Position numbers and translations under genes: made by a program | Shown: positions 9,410 through 18,914 of the stretch, in pieces | Layout: every line of letters starts with the position of its first letter | Numbering within the stretch: the first letter of the stretch is position 1 | The notes under the pieces: model-generated | What the model was told of the DNA's origin: nothing | Seen by the model: the letters and a program-made list of their open reading frames with translations, nothing else | The model's database searches: none | Assembly: GCA_043821485.1 (NCBI GenBank) | Contig: JBDRCU010000037.1 | Coordinates: forward strand, 28,746-92,745 | Reading direction: 5' to 3' | Source of the DNA: Parcubacteria group bacterium | GTDB lineage: Bacteria > Patescibacteriota > Minisyncoccia > 2-02-FULL-40-12 > IGHO2-01-FULL-4-A | Length of the DNA stretch: 64,000 nucleotides

Positions 9410-11170
9410 ATGGGAAGATTTAAAAGACTAATCCCCTATATTTGGCCGCATATCAAGCGGTATCCATGGTCATTCTATCTGACCTTTATTGGCTATGGCA
9501 TAGGATGGGGCTTAACGGGACTCCTTGTCCCATTCATATATAAAGATATCGTTGATGTCATCTCTGGGGCGACTGACCCATCTTTGGTAGCAGACCCATT
9601 ACTCGGTCTGATTTTCAAGCTTCTTGTCATAATTGTTATCTACAACATACTCTTCCGCATATCAGATTGGAGTATTATACGTTTTCAAAGCAAGATCCAA
9701 CGCGATCTTATCTCATATCTATTTGAAGAACTAGGAAAACATTCCTATAAGTTTTTTGTTAATGAATTTGCAGGAAGTCTGGTGACAAAAATAAAACGAT
9801 TCATAAGAGCGCTGGACCGCATGCATGATCGTATAACTTTTGATTTCTGGAATGCGATTATACAGCTTGCTGGGATGTTTGTTATTTTGTTTTATGTCAA
9901 TACAATAATTGGAATAATATTTCTATCCTGGTCTATAATTTTTATTGTATTAACAATCCTAAGCGTTAAATATCGAATCAAATACGATCTTGCCGAAGCT
10001 AAGGAAGATTCAAAGATAACAGGACTTCTGGCTGACACGATAACAAACATTCTTAACATCAAAATGTTTGCTAAGAGTGACTACGAGAATACCAGATTCA
10101 GAGAAAGCGCAGAAATACAACACAAAGCCAGATATGCAGCCTGGAACTTCAATATGAAAATATATGCAGTGCAAGCTGTATTCATCGGAGCTCTTGAAAT
10201 TAGCGGGATGTTTGTAGCGATTAAACTCTGGCTGGCAGGATCTATATCCCTAGGTACGATTGTCCTCATTCAAAGCTACTTTGGAATAATCTTCAACCGT
10301 ACATGGAACCTTGGAAGAGCAATGTCCGAATTCAGCAAAGCCCTATCCGATGCTGATGAAATGATTGATATACTGGAAGAACCTATAGGGATTAAGGATC
10401 CTCTCAAACCTAAAAAAGTGAAAATCAAAGAAGGCAATATCTCTCTTGATGACATGACCTTCTGCTATGGCGAGAAAGGTGAAGATGTCTTCTCTAAGTT
10501 CAATTTGGATATTCCATCTGGTCAACACATAGGTATTATTGGCCATTCAGGATCGGGTAAAACGACCATAACTAAACTTCTTTTAAGATTCGCAGACATA
10601 CAAAAAGGCAGTATTAAGATTGACGGACAGGATATACGTCATATCACACAGGACGATCTTAGATCTGAGATTGCATACGTACCACAGGATCCGATACTAT
10701 TCCATCGAAGTCTTGAAGAAAATATTCGTTATGGAAATCTCAAGGCAACCGAAGAAGAAGTTATTGAAGTTGCTAAGAAAGCCCATGCACATGAATTCAT
10801 CTCTGCCCTACCGAAAGGATACAACACTTTGGTTGGCGAGCGCGGAATTAAATTATCTGGAGGAGAACGCCAGCGTGTTGCAATTGCACGAGCCATGTTA
10901 AAAAACACCCCAATCTTAATCCTAGACGAAGCAACAAGCTCGCTTGATGCAGTTAGTGAAAAATTGATTCAGGAAGCATTCAAAGAATTAATGAAAAACC
11001 GCACAACTATAGTCATTGCTCACAGACTCTCAACTATCCAGAAATTGGACAGGATTATCGTACTTGAAGACGGAATTATAGAAGAAGAAGGCACGCATAA
11101 CGAACTTATTAAAAAAGAAGGTATCTACCACAATTATTGGACTCACCAAGCAGGAGGGTTCATAGAATAA
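9410..11170 (+). CDS. ABC transporter ATP-binding/permease fusion (exporter, MsbA-like)
   Basis: A 6-TM domain is followed by Walker A GHSGSGKTT, the signature LSGGERQRVAIARA and a Walker B-like ILILDEATSSLD motif. The start is chosen at the ATG at 9410, which follows a GGGAGGGAG Shine-Dalgarno site. Confidence 0.9.
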   Translation: MGRFKRLIPYIWPHIKRYPWSFYLTFIGYGIGWGLTGLLVPFIYKDIVDVISGATDPSLVADPLLGLIFKLLVIIVIYNILFRISDWSIIRFQSKIQRDLISYLFEELGKHSYKFFVNEFAGSLVTKIKRFIRALDRMHDRITFDFWNAIIQLAGMFVILFYVNTIIGIIFLSWSIIFIVLTILSVKYRIKYDLAEAKEDSKITGLLADTITNILNIKMFAKSDYENTRFRESAEIQHKARYAAWNFNMKIYAVQAVFIGALEISGMFVAIKLWLAGSISLGTIVLIQSYFGIIFNRTWNLGRAMSEFSKALSDADEMIDILEEPIGIKDPLKPKKVKIKEGNISLDDMTFCYGEKGEDVFSKFNLDIPSGQHIGIIGHSGSGKTTITKLLLRFADIQKGSIKIDGQDIRHITQDDLRSEIAYVPQDPILFHRSLEENIRYGNLKATEEEVIEVAKKAHAHEFISALPKGYNTLVGERGIKLSGGERQRVAIARAMLKNTPILILDEATSSLDAVSEKLIQEAFKELMKNRTTIVIAHRLSTIQKLDRIIVLEDGIIEEEGTHNELIKKEGIYHNYWTHQAGGFIE

Positions 11171-11174
11171 GCTT

Positions 11175-11219
11175 GCAAAATAAAACGCAAAACGGGCTGG
11201 TCCCCATGGACCGGCCCGT
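11175..11219 (-). terminator. Rho-independent terminator for the minus-strand gene at 11273..11671
   Basis: A GC-rich imperfect hairpin, ACGGGCTGGTCC-CCAT-GGACCGGCCCGT, is followed on the minus strand by a T-rich tract (TTTTGCGTTTTATTTTG). Confidence 0.6.
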
Positions 11220-11272
11220 CGCAAGAACATTTGAAAGTATATTATTACCTCCTACTGAATCCAGTACTACTT

Positions 11273-11671
11273 CTATGGAGGCAGGATATCCAATAAAACA
11301 TCCTGAGCCAAGGGGCCTGATACTCTGACAGCATGACCAGTCCTGATCGGCTGACCTTCGGGAGATTTCACCATATCGTATGGCGAGATTTTCATCTGGA
11401 CTCGACAGGTCTCGTCTCCCAGAAGGATCTCCACGCAAATAGCGCCCTTCGATTCCCTGACTTCAAGGGTAAGGTTGCGCTCCCCGGACCCAAAGCCTGC
11501 ACTATGAAGCTCTAGGCCCTGACCCACGATTCGCACAGGAACCACGACTCTGGAGCACCCCTTAATGATACCTGTGACGGACTCTTTTCTCTCTCCTCCT
11601 CCCCCGTCGAAAGTACGTACTTCCGGCTCCTTGGGCCCTTTTGTGATGACGCTCTTCCTTGCTTCAGTCAT
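11273..11671 (-). CDS. Hypothetical protein (132 aa) in GC-rich island A, with a possible small beta-barrel/OB-like fold
   Basis: The ATG is at 11671 (MTEARKSV...), 6 nt downstream of a GGAGG Shine-Dalgarno site, and the gene has its own terminator. GC content is far above background. The longer in-frame upstream extension would overlap trpS and lacks a Shine-Dalgarno site. Confidence 0.55.
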   Translation of the reverse strand: MTEARKSVITKGPKEPEVRTFDGGGGERKESVTGIIKGCSRVVVPVRIVGQGLELHSAGFGSGERNLTLEVRESKGAICVEILLGDETCRVQMKISPYDMVKSPEGQPIRTGHAVRVSGPLAQDVLLDILPP

Positions 11672-11758
11672 GGCTTTCCCTCCACATCTCTGATATACAG
11701 AGCATACTACATAGTTACAATTCTCGGATATATCGTCAATATCTGCTATAATCAAAAT

Positions 11759-12736
11759 ATGAAAATATTCTCTGGTATACGGCCTTCGGGCAAGCTCCAT
11801 CTAGGAAACTATCTTGGAGCAGTAAAAAATTGGATCGAACTGCAAGACAAACCTGATACAAAACAGGTTATTTATGCTGTTGTTGATTATCATGGTATTA
11901 CCACTCCATTTGCTCCGGCGACCTATCATGAACAAATCACAGACGCAATCCTTGATTATCTTGCTGCTGGCGTGGATCCAACTAAATCCTTAATTATCAG
12001 ACAATCCAAGGTACCCGCTCATACAGAACTTGCATGGATATTTAATACAATTACGCCCATAAGCTGGCTTGAACGTTTGCCAACCTACAAAGAGAAGCTG
12101 GAACAAACTCATGGCAAATACAATCATCTTGGCTTACTCTCCTATCCAGTTCTCATGGCTTCCGACATATTAATATACATGTCAGATGCAGTTCCCGTTG
12201 GAGACGATCAAAAAGCCCACATCGATATTACGAATGAAATCGGCAAGAAGTTCAATTCAATGTTTGGCGAAACATTTCCTGCAGTAAAGATGCTTCGTAC
12301 AAAAGGAGAACGCATTAAATCTCTCCAAGATGCAGATAAAAAAATGTCTAAAACCGGAGATGAAAGTATAGCCTTAACAGATGACCCAGATACAGTTGCA
12401 AAAAAGATCAAAAAAGCAGTCACTGATTCCGGAAGTAAGATTACATTTGACGAAAAAAAGAAGCCAGCAATATCAAATTTGCTGACTATCTATCACCTGC
12501 TCACGGATAAACCAATATCATCCATCGAATCCGAATACGAAGGCAAAACATATGCTGATTTTAAAAATGATCTTGCAGAAGCAACAATAGAATTTATAAA
12601 ACCATTTCAGGAGAAACGTAAAGAATTCGAAAACAATATGGATGAAGTTCGTAAAATTATGACAGACTCAGAGGAAAAGGCTAATGAAATAGCAAACAAA
12701 AATCTAGCTCACATCAAAGAAAAGATAGGATTGTAG
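11759..12736 (+). CDS. trpS: Tryptophan--tRNA ligase
   Basis: The N-terminus is MKIFSGIRPSGKLHLGNYLGA (HIGH-type region), and there is a KMSKT (KMSKS) motif. Confidence 0.92.
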   Translation: MKIFSGIRPSGKLHLGNYLGAVKNWIELQDKPDTKQVIYAVVDYHGITTPFAPATYHEQITDAILDYLAAGVDPTKSLIIRQSKVPAHTELAWIFNTITPISWLERLPTYKEKLEQTHGKYNHLGLLSYPVLMASDILIYMSDAVPVGDDQKAHIDITNEIGKKFNSMFGETFPAVKMLRTKGERIKSLQDADKKMSKTGDESIALTDDPDTVAKKIKKAVTDSGSKITFDEKKKPAISNLLTIYHLLTDKPISSIESEYEGKTYADFKNDLAEATIEFIKPFQEKRKEFENNMDEVRKIMTDSEEKANEIANKNLAHIKEKIGL

Positions 12737-12887
12737 ACATAATACCAGACAACATATACATATTCTGTCAAGGTTTACTGTTTATACAAAGTATGGTTAA
12801 ATAAAGATAGAATCATATATTCATAAAAATGAGACAGAAAACTGTCTTATTTGTAGTACCTTAACAGTGAGTTTGTTTCAGTTTGTT

Positions 12888-12933
12888 GGATGGGATTCAT
12901 AGTTCGCATGTGTGTGGATTATGAATCCCATCC
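12888..12933. repeat. Perfect 13-bp inverted repeat (GGATGGGATTCAT ... ATGAATCCCATCC) with a 20-nt spacer
   Basis: Read directly from the sequence. The repeat lies about 70 nt upstream of the lipoprotein gene in island B. Confidence 0.6.
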
Positions 12934-13001
12934 GACGCAATTCTGTAGCGGATGAAGAAGGGACTCGGCCATTGCGGCTAGAGCCCAGAAGGAGACAGAC
13001 G

Positions 13002-13496
13002 ATGAAGTACAAGCTTCTCGTATCCGTGTTCGCGCTCCTGGCGGCTTCGCTACTGATGGCTGGGTGCGGTGGCAGTGGACCGACTAACTCCCTGGTCCAG
13101 CAGACCGTGCAGTCGGTCAGGATCGTAATGCCTGTTGACAGGGCGACGAGCCAAGAATCTCCGCCCGGACTGAGGAGCAACGGCTACACAAGCTTCTTGG
13201 TGGAAACAAAGGGTCATACCAACAGCCCGACTCTTCAGGCTTTCTTCGAGGAATGGTCTGCTATCGAAGGGGAGCCTCTATCTCTGACAGCGCACTTCAA
13301 AGACCTCGAGATACAGAACAACACACCTTCCCCCTCCGCGAACTGGAAGGTTATACCCCCGCAAGATTGGCCCAAAGCGACGCTCACCCGGCTATACATC
13401 TCGGTTCAACCTAAAGATCCCCGGACTGGCGATGGAGTAGGCGGAGATTACATCTGGGTCTATATCAACGGGCTCCCCACTGATCCGGCTGGCTAA
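13002..13496 (+). CDS. Putative lipoprotein (164 aa) in GC-rich island B
   Basis: The product starts MKYKLLVSVFALLAASLLMAGC, a signal peptide with an LMAGC lipobox. The RBS context is AAGGAGACAGACGATG. GC content is high. Confidence 0.65.
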   Translation: MKYKLLVSVFALLAASLLMAGCGGSGPTNSLVQQTVQSVRIVMPVDRATSQESPPGLRSNGYTSFLVETKGHTNSPTLQAFFEEWSAIEGEPLSLTAHFKDLEIQNNTPSPSANWKVIPPQDWPKATLTRLYISVQPKDPRTGDGVGGDYIWVYINGLPTDPAG

Positions 13497-13521
13497 CAAA
13501 ACCGAAACAAACTCCGAACCG

Positions 13522-13568
13522 ACGGACCGTCACCATCCTATCCTATATGGTGGCAACGGTCCGTTTTT
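13522..13568 (+). terminator. Rho-independent terminator after the island-B lipoprotein
   Basis: The hairpin ACGGACCGTCACCAT...ATGGTG..ACGGTCCGT is followed by TTTTT. Confidence 0.65.
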
Positions 13569-13633
13569 AAATACAAGAATCCATCAACAAGCTAAGCATA
13601 GAACTATCTGCTAAAAGATATATAATAAAGATA

Positions 13634-14983
13634 ATGAAATATTCACGTATATTTATCTTTTGTATAATCGTAATTCTACTTTTTACATTTCTATTTTTTG
13701 AAAAAGCACCTACAACTAATGCAGTAGGGACTTGTTATTGGACAAATGAATGTGGCAATCAGCAAAGGTTTGTTTACTGTCTTGAGCCAACTACTGTTTG
13801 CTCCTGTGAAAGGGGCGAAACCATACAATGCCAACCTCCAGACCCCAGCATCGTAGAACGTATAGATTGCGAATGTATAGATCCAAGCACCCCAACCCCC
13901 ACCCCCACTCCAACTCCTACACCAAGTGGAACCCCTACTTCAACACCTACTTCAACTCCAACTTCCACACCAACCCCAACACCTCCACCCACCCCAACCC
14001 TCAACGTCTATCTCTGGGCTACTCCTAATACAGGGGCTCCTCCTTTAGAGGTTCTCCTTGAAGCAAATATTTCTGGTACTGCAACAGGGAAGATCAATTA
14101 CTGGATGTGGTGGGATTGTACAAGTACAACTACAAGTCCTTCAACAGCTGCAGGCATATGCGGTGAATTACCTGATAACCCTTCTTCCGGTAGCTGTGCA
14201 AGTAATGAGCATGGAATCAAATGCAAGGAGATATACGATAATCCTCTACAGGTTGTACATGAATATATTGGTTTGGGCAGCTATACTCCCAAGGTAATAG
14301 TTTCTCGAAGTACTGCACCAAATGACGAAGATAGAGCTTCTGTTGATGTAATGATACCTCCTACTGCAACAATAGATACTCTTGTTCCCCCTAACTACTG
14401 CATATCAGGTCCTGCAACTCAGGTTAACTGGATATATTATGATCAAGGCGGATCGCCTCAGAAATATTACAGGGTACAGGTAGATAACAATTCAGATTTC
14501 AGCAGTCCGGAAAAAGATTCAGGAAAGGTGCAATCCGGTTCAAATTCATACTTTGCAAGCGGTCTTGGCTTCGGGGAAACATATTACGTGCGCGTAAGAG
14601 TCTGGAATCAAGACAATGTTAAATCTGCTTGGAGCGGATCTGAATCATTTTCAACTCCTGCTTATGCAGCGCCTAATATTGAATTCAGCTGGATACCAGA
14701 AGATCCTGCAGTAGAAACTGTAGTGGAATTTAGTGATGATTCTACTGTATATGGAGGGTCGCCAATATGGAGTTGGGATTTTAACTGTACTGTAGAGCCT
14801 CTTGAATGCGATCTTTCTGAATCTTCAGATCAAAATCCAAACAATGTATTCCATATACAAGATGATTATTCTATAAACCTTGAAATATCAGATGGATTGC
14901 ATACATGCAATGAAACTCAATTGCTTTCAGTGCCTGCAGAGAATCCAATACCCTATTGGATAGAGGTGGGGCCGTGGGATTAA
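13634..14983 (+). CDS. Secreted/cell-surface protein with a Cys-rich N-domain, a Pro/Thr-rich linker and a C-terminal beta-rich (FN3/PKD-like) region
   Basis: The product has a signal peptide, MKYSRIFIFCIIVILLFTFLFF. A (TP)n/(TPTS)n linker lies at about 13,890-13,990. The protein has many Cys residues. Confidence 0.65.
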   Translation: MKYSRIFIFCIIVILLFTFLFFEKAPTTNAVGTCYWTNECGNQQRFVYCLEPTTVCSCERGETIQCQPPDPSIVERIDCECIDPSTPTPTPTPTPTPSGTPTSTPTSTPTSTPTPTPPPTPTLNVYLWATPNTGAPPLEVLLEANISGTATGKINYWMWWDCTSTTTSPSTAAGICGELPDNPSSGSCASNEHGIKCKEIYDNPLQVVHEYIGLGSYTPKVIVSRSTAPNDEDRASVDVMIPPTATIDTLVPPNYCISGPATQVNWIYYDQGGSPQKYYRVQVDNNSDFSSPEKDSGKVQSGSNSYFASGLGFGETYYVRVRVWNQDNVKSAWSGSESFSTPAYAAPNIEFSWIPEDPAVETVVEFSDDSTVYGGSPIWSWDFNCTVEPLECDLSESSDQNPNNVFHIQDDYSINLEISDGLHTCNETQLLSVPAENPIPYWIEVGPWD

Positions 14984-16233
14984 TGGGTCAATAGATCAAT
15001 CAACTCCTGTTTCTTTTGTTCAAAAAGTTCTTTTGTTTTTGCTTCAACAATACAAATTACAGCAGGATGAGTGCTTGATGGCCTAATAAGCATTCTCCAG
15101 TCCGGATAAGTTATATCCACGCCGTCTAATTCATTTATGCCTCCTTCCGGATATTTTTCTTTAAATTCTGCCAAAATCTCATCCATGGATCTAGGTAATT
15201 CAGAAAGTCCATATTCAATCTCACCGGAATTAAACCAACTGTCTATTGAACTAGTCAATGTCTTAGCATCTGTATCTGTAATCTCTAATAGATATAGAAT
15301 AAGAACCATCGTCAATGCTACACTCTCAACAAATCCCATTGCTTTAAACATGTAGTGCCCTGAAAACTCTGCTCCAAATTCAGCGTCATTATCCCGCATA
15401 GTTTGTTTAATAAATGCATGTCCGGTCTTTGAAAGTATCGGAGTGATATTGTGATGCTTTACGTAATCAAGCACTGAATGTGAAAATTTTACATCATGGA
15501 CCATAGCTTGTCCTTTAAAATAGCTTCGGGCAATAATAGCGCCTAATATATCCCCTCTTACCTTAATGTTATCCTTATCACCTACCTGAATGCGATCACC
15601 ATCAGGGTCGCAAGTAAATATTATATCCGGATTGTTGTAATCCATTGTCACGCCAAGCTCAAGCAATATAGCTCCCAGCTCATCAACTATCATTGAATTT
15701 GCCTCAAGCTTCACTCTTCGCTTAAACTGCATCGGTTTAATCCCTGATGCTTTAATGACAGCCTCCGTGTGGTCTGCCTTAATATCCTTACTGATTACCT
15801 TGCCTTTAGGCATGAGTGGTTCTACTCTGCGAGTACGTAACATCTGTTTTAAAATATCAAAATTATCATTGTCTCCCCCTATCACCACAGCATCCTTACC
15901 AACAGGCTTAAACCCGTTATATTCATCTCCCAAATGAGATGCTGTTATCATCACTCCCCCGTCAGCACCTTCATTGATTACGCCAAAGTAGCACAAGGGC
16001 GTACTCGTTACTCCAATATTTACAACGTCACAACCTGCGTGTGTAATTCCTTCAATCATCTTACCTGCAAGAGTTGCAGATGTATCACGCATATCGTGAG
16101 CAATTACAATCTTGCGAGCCTGTAAAAATTCAACCAAAACAATGCCAAATTGATATGCAAATTCATCATCAAATTCCTGGCCATAAAGACCTCGAATATC
16201 ATAAGCTCTGAATATATCTGGATTAAAAATCAT
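14980..16233 (-). CDS. Phosphoglucomutase/phosphomannomutase family protein
   Basis: The N-terminus is MIFNPDIFRAYDIRGLYGQEF. An active-site region TASHLGDEYNGFK (TASHNP-like) is present. The product is 417 aa. Confidence 0.85.
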   Translation of the reverse strand: MIFNPDIFRAYDIRGLYGQEFDDEFAYQFGIVLVEFLQARKIVIAHDMRDTSATLAGKMIEGITHAGCDVVNIGVTSTPLCYFGVINEGADGGVMITASHLGDEYNGFKPVGKDAVVIGGDNDNFDILKQMLRTRRVEPLMPKGKVISKDIKADHTEAVIKASGIKPMQFKRRVKLEANSMIVDELGAILLELGVTMDYNNPDIIFTCDPDGDRIQVGDKDNIKVRGDILGAIIARSYFKGQAMVHDVKFSHSVLDYVKHHNITPILSKTGHAFIKQTMRDNDAEFGAEFSGHYMFKAMGFVESVALTMVLILYLLEITDTDAKTLTSSIDSWFNSGEIEYGLSELPRSMDEILAEFKEKYPEGGINELDGVDITYPDWRMLIRPSSTHPAVICIVEAKTKELFEQKKQELIDLLTH

Positions 16234-16319
16234 AAAGTGTGTAAGGGGTATATAACCATAAAATCAGGCCTAGGTCAAAAATCATTCACAATACAAGATC
16301 ATCATGCTAGTATTTCCCT

Positions 16320-17669
16320 ATGCAATTATCTGATATTAAACACGTCCATATGATAGGCATTAAAGGCACAGGCATGTCTGCTTTGGCTTTAATGCTCACT
16401 AAATTTGGTATTCGAGTCTCCGGATCTGATACGAAAGACTCGTTTCTGCTTCTGGATAAGAAGAATTTTGTTAAAAACAGGATTAAAATATTTCCTGAAT
16501 TCAAAGCAAAGAATATCTCCAAAGAAGTAGATCTTGCGATAGTATCCACTTCGCATAATAAAGGGGGTAATCCTGAAGTTAAAGAAATTAAACGCCGAGG
16601 AATTAAGTTAATAACCTATCCTCAGATGCTTAGCATGATTACACGCGAACTCCCATCAATTGCAATTATTGGAAGCCATGGCAAGACTACTACTACGAAT
16701 CTGCTCGGACATATAGCTTTGAATAATGGCATTCGTTCTGCAGTACTTTCTGGACCAACAAGCCAACAAGTCTTAAATGAAGCAAAAAAAGATCCTGAAT
16801 CATTTATCTTCGAAGCTGATGAGTATGAGAACAAACTTCGCCACTACAATCCGCAAATGGTAATACTCACCAGTGTTGATTACGATCATCCTGATTTTTT
16901 CAAAACTCCGACGCAATACAAAAATGTTTTTAAAAATTTCATAAAACGTATTCCCAAAACAGGTCTGCTAATCTACTGCGCTGACGACAAAAATGTTCGC
17001 GAGGTTGCCAAACTAGCAAAATGCAAAACATTAGCATACGGAATATCCAGCCATGCCAAAATCAAAACCAGAATCATCAAACCTCATCTATTTGAGGTAC
17101 TACACGGCAGAAACAAAGCCCGTATCAAAACGCCTCTCATTGGCACACACAATAGCCTGAATGCCACGGCAGTGCTCCTCGCCTCTCGCGAACTTGGCAT
17201 AACCAACAAACAATTTCAAAAATCCCTTTCCACATTCAAAGGCTCTCCTAGAAGATTAGAGAAAATATCTACAAAACCGCTTATCTATGACGACTACGGA
17301 CATCATCCGAATGAAATCCGTGCAGCTATAAGGGCTCTTCGCGACGAGTATCCAAAGCATGAAATCTGGACAGTGTTTCAACCTCACACCTATACACGAA
17401 CTAAAAAATTCCTTAAAGAATTTGGCAAATCGTTTGAAGATTCAGATCACACCATAGTATTAGATATATGGGGTTCGGCAAGAGAAGATTCTGGTATGGT
17501 ACATTCAACGGATCTAATGTTTGAAATTGGCAAAAATGGAGATACCGTATACCATCTCCCTTCAATGAAAAAGGCTGCCCGATTCCTAAAAAACATTATG
17601 AAAAAGGATACCCTAATCCTAACAATCGGCGCAGGCGATATCTGGAAAATCCATGAATTGCTAGTTTAG
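16320..17669 (+). CDS. murC: UDP-N-acetylmuramate--L-alanine ligase (Mur ligase family, MurC-like)
   Basis: The N-terminal motif is HMIGIKGTGMSALALML..SGSD. An ATP-binding motif GSHGKTTTT is present. Confidence 0.82.
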   Translation: MQLSDIKHVHMIGIKGTGMSALALMLTKFGIRVSGSDTKDSFLLLDKKNFVKNRIKIFPEFKAKNISKEVDLAIVSTSHNKGGNPEVKEIKRRGIKLITYPQMLSMITRELPSIAIIGSHGKTTTTNLLGHIALNNGIRSAVLSGPTSQQVLNEAKKDPESFIFEADEYENKLRHYNPQMVILTSVDYDHPDFFKTPTQYKNVFKNFIKRIPKTGLLIYCADDKNVREVAKLAKCKTLAYGISSHAKIKTRIIKPHLFEVLHGRNKARIKTPLIGTHNSLNATAVLLASRELGITNKQFQKSLSTFKGSPRRLEKISTKPLIYDDYGHHPNEIRAAIRALRDEYPKHEIWTVFQPHTYTRTKKFLKEFGKSFEDSDHTIVLDIWGSAREDSGMVHSTDLMFEIGKNGDTVYHLPSMKKAARFLKNIMKKDTLILTIGAGDIWKIHELLV

Positions 17670-17942
17670 AATAGCAAGAGCCCTCTTATCGAGGGTCTCT
17701 GTAGGTACGAATTAGATACTCCACGGTCCCTCTCCCACCCTATTATGGAATCAAGACCGTGGAGCACTCGCGTCTTACTCCGTGAACTATAATAATATAA
17801 CAAATCTCCTATGCTTTCAATTGGTATAGTCAGGACACAATGAAACAAATTCCCTTTTATTTTAAAATTAAATTACCTCCGCCTGATTGGAGGACTATAC
17901 GAAAAAAGTCTTTATAGAAAAAATACTGTGTAAAAAATTACC

Positions 17943-18914
17943 CTAGAATTTGGGGGAGCCAAAGAAGTTCGGATGGGTTTTAACTTTACCACCTATTTTT
18001 GAGCAAATATGCTTCTTCTGAGCACAAGACACCCTGAGACTAGGCAGAGATCTATTTGTAACCTTTGATACCTCTTTAAGTGTCATAAGTTTTTCTACTT
18101 TTTCGTTATAGCGATTACATATAACAACATCCATAGATATAGCCAGGCTTTTACTGATTAGATTTTCAAGTTGAACTAAGGGTTTTATAAATGGACTAAT
18201 CTTTTTACCACTATAAAGCATCTCGCTAACTATAAGATCGGCCTCTTCTAAGGCCCCTATGTATATTTTTTTATCTTTTTCGGAACCTTTAAACGCTATA
18301 TTTGGAAACCCATGACCAACAAGAATAAAATTTATAAGTATTCTACCCACTCTACCGTTCCCGTCTGGAAATGGATGTATTTGTTCAAACATATCGTGGA
18401 TTACCGCTATTTTTCGTATTAGATTATTGGTAGAAGCATTTATTATTTTAATTAACTTTTCTATATGTTTTTCTATTTCGTGTGGGTGTGATGTTTTAAC
18501 TTTCGCTCCTGTAATCTCAATGTCCCCTTTTCTCCACTCACCCGGAGACCAACTAAAATATGGGTCACCCCTAAACATCATGGAATGCATTTGTCTTATA
18601 ATTGCCTTACTAACACTAAATTGTTTAGTCTTGTATTGTTGAAAGGCTAATTCATAATTAGCCAAAGCGGCATCAAAATAACCAAGAACTTTATATCCCG
18701 TTTGTGTATATTTAGGATCCCCCAAGATATCCTTGATTTCTGCACGACTAACAAAATACCCTTCAATCATAAGAGAGTTTCGTGTGTCTTCTTCTAGTAA
18801 GGCAAGCCACTCTTTATTTCTCACTGAAACTGTTTCTATTCCTCCTAATTTTTCGAACCACGTATGTCTTAATTGTGTAGCAGTATTTGGAATAATTCCT
18901 TGTTTTGGGGTCAT
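17943..18914 (-). CDS. Fic/DOC family protein (putative AMPylase)
   Basis: The canonical Fic motif HPFPDGNGRVGR (HxFx[DN]GNGRxxR) is present. The product is 323 aa. Confidence 0.85.
   Translation of the reverse strand: MTPKQGIIPNTATQLRHTWFEKLGGIETVSVRNKEWLALLEEDTRNSLMIEGYFVSRAEIKDILGDPKYTQTGYKVLGYFDAALANYELAFQQYKTKQFSVSKAIIRQMHSMMFRGDPYFSWSPGEWRKGDIEITGAKVKTSHPHEIEKHIEKLIKIINASTNNLIRKIAVIHDMFEQIHPFPDGNGRVGRILINFILVGHGFPNIAFKGSEKDKKIYIGALEEADLIVSEMLYSGKKISPFIKPLVQLENLISKSLAISMDVVICNRYNEKVEKLMTLKEVSKVTNRSLPSLRVSCAQKKHICSKIGGKVKTHPNFFGSPKF

Noticed and set aside
11672-11800. N-terminal extension (MELARRPY...) of the island-A ORF suggested by the ORF track.
   Set aside because: It overlaps the trpS start, is AT-rich unlike the rest of the ORF, and has no Shine-Dalgarno site. 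The internal ATG at 11671 has a GGAGG Shine-Dalgarno site.
13890-13990. Short tandem DNA repeats (ACCCCAACTCC / ACTTCAACACC units); considered as a CRISPR or other non-coding repeat.
   Set aside because: The repeats are in-frame and encode a TPTPTP / TPTSTP linker inside a secreted protein. There is no spacer architecture or leader.
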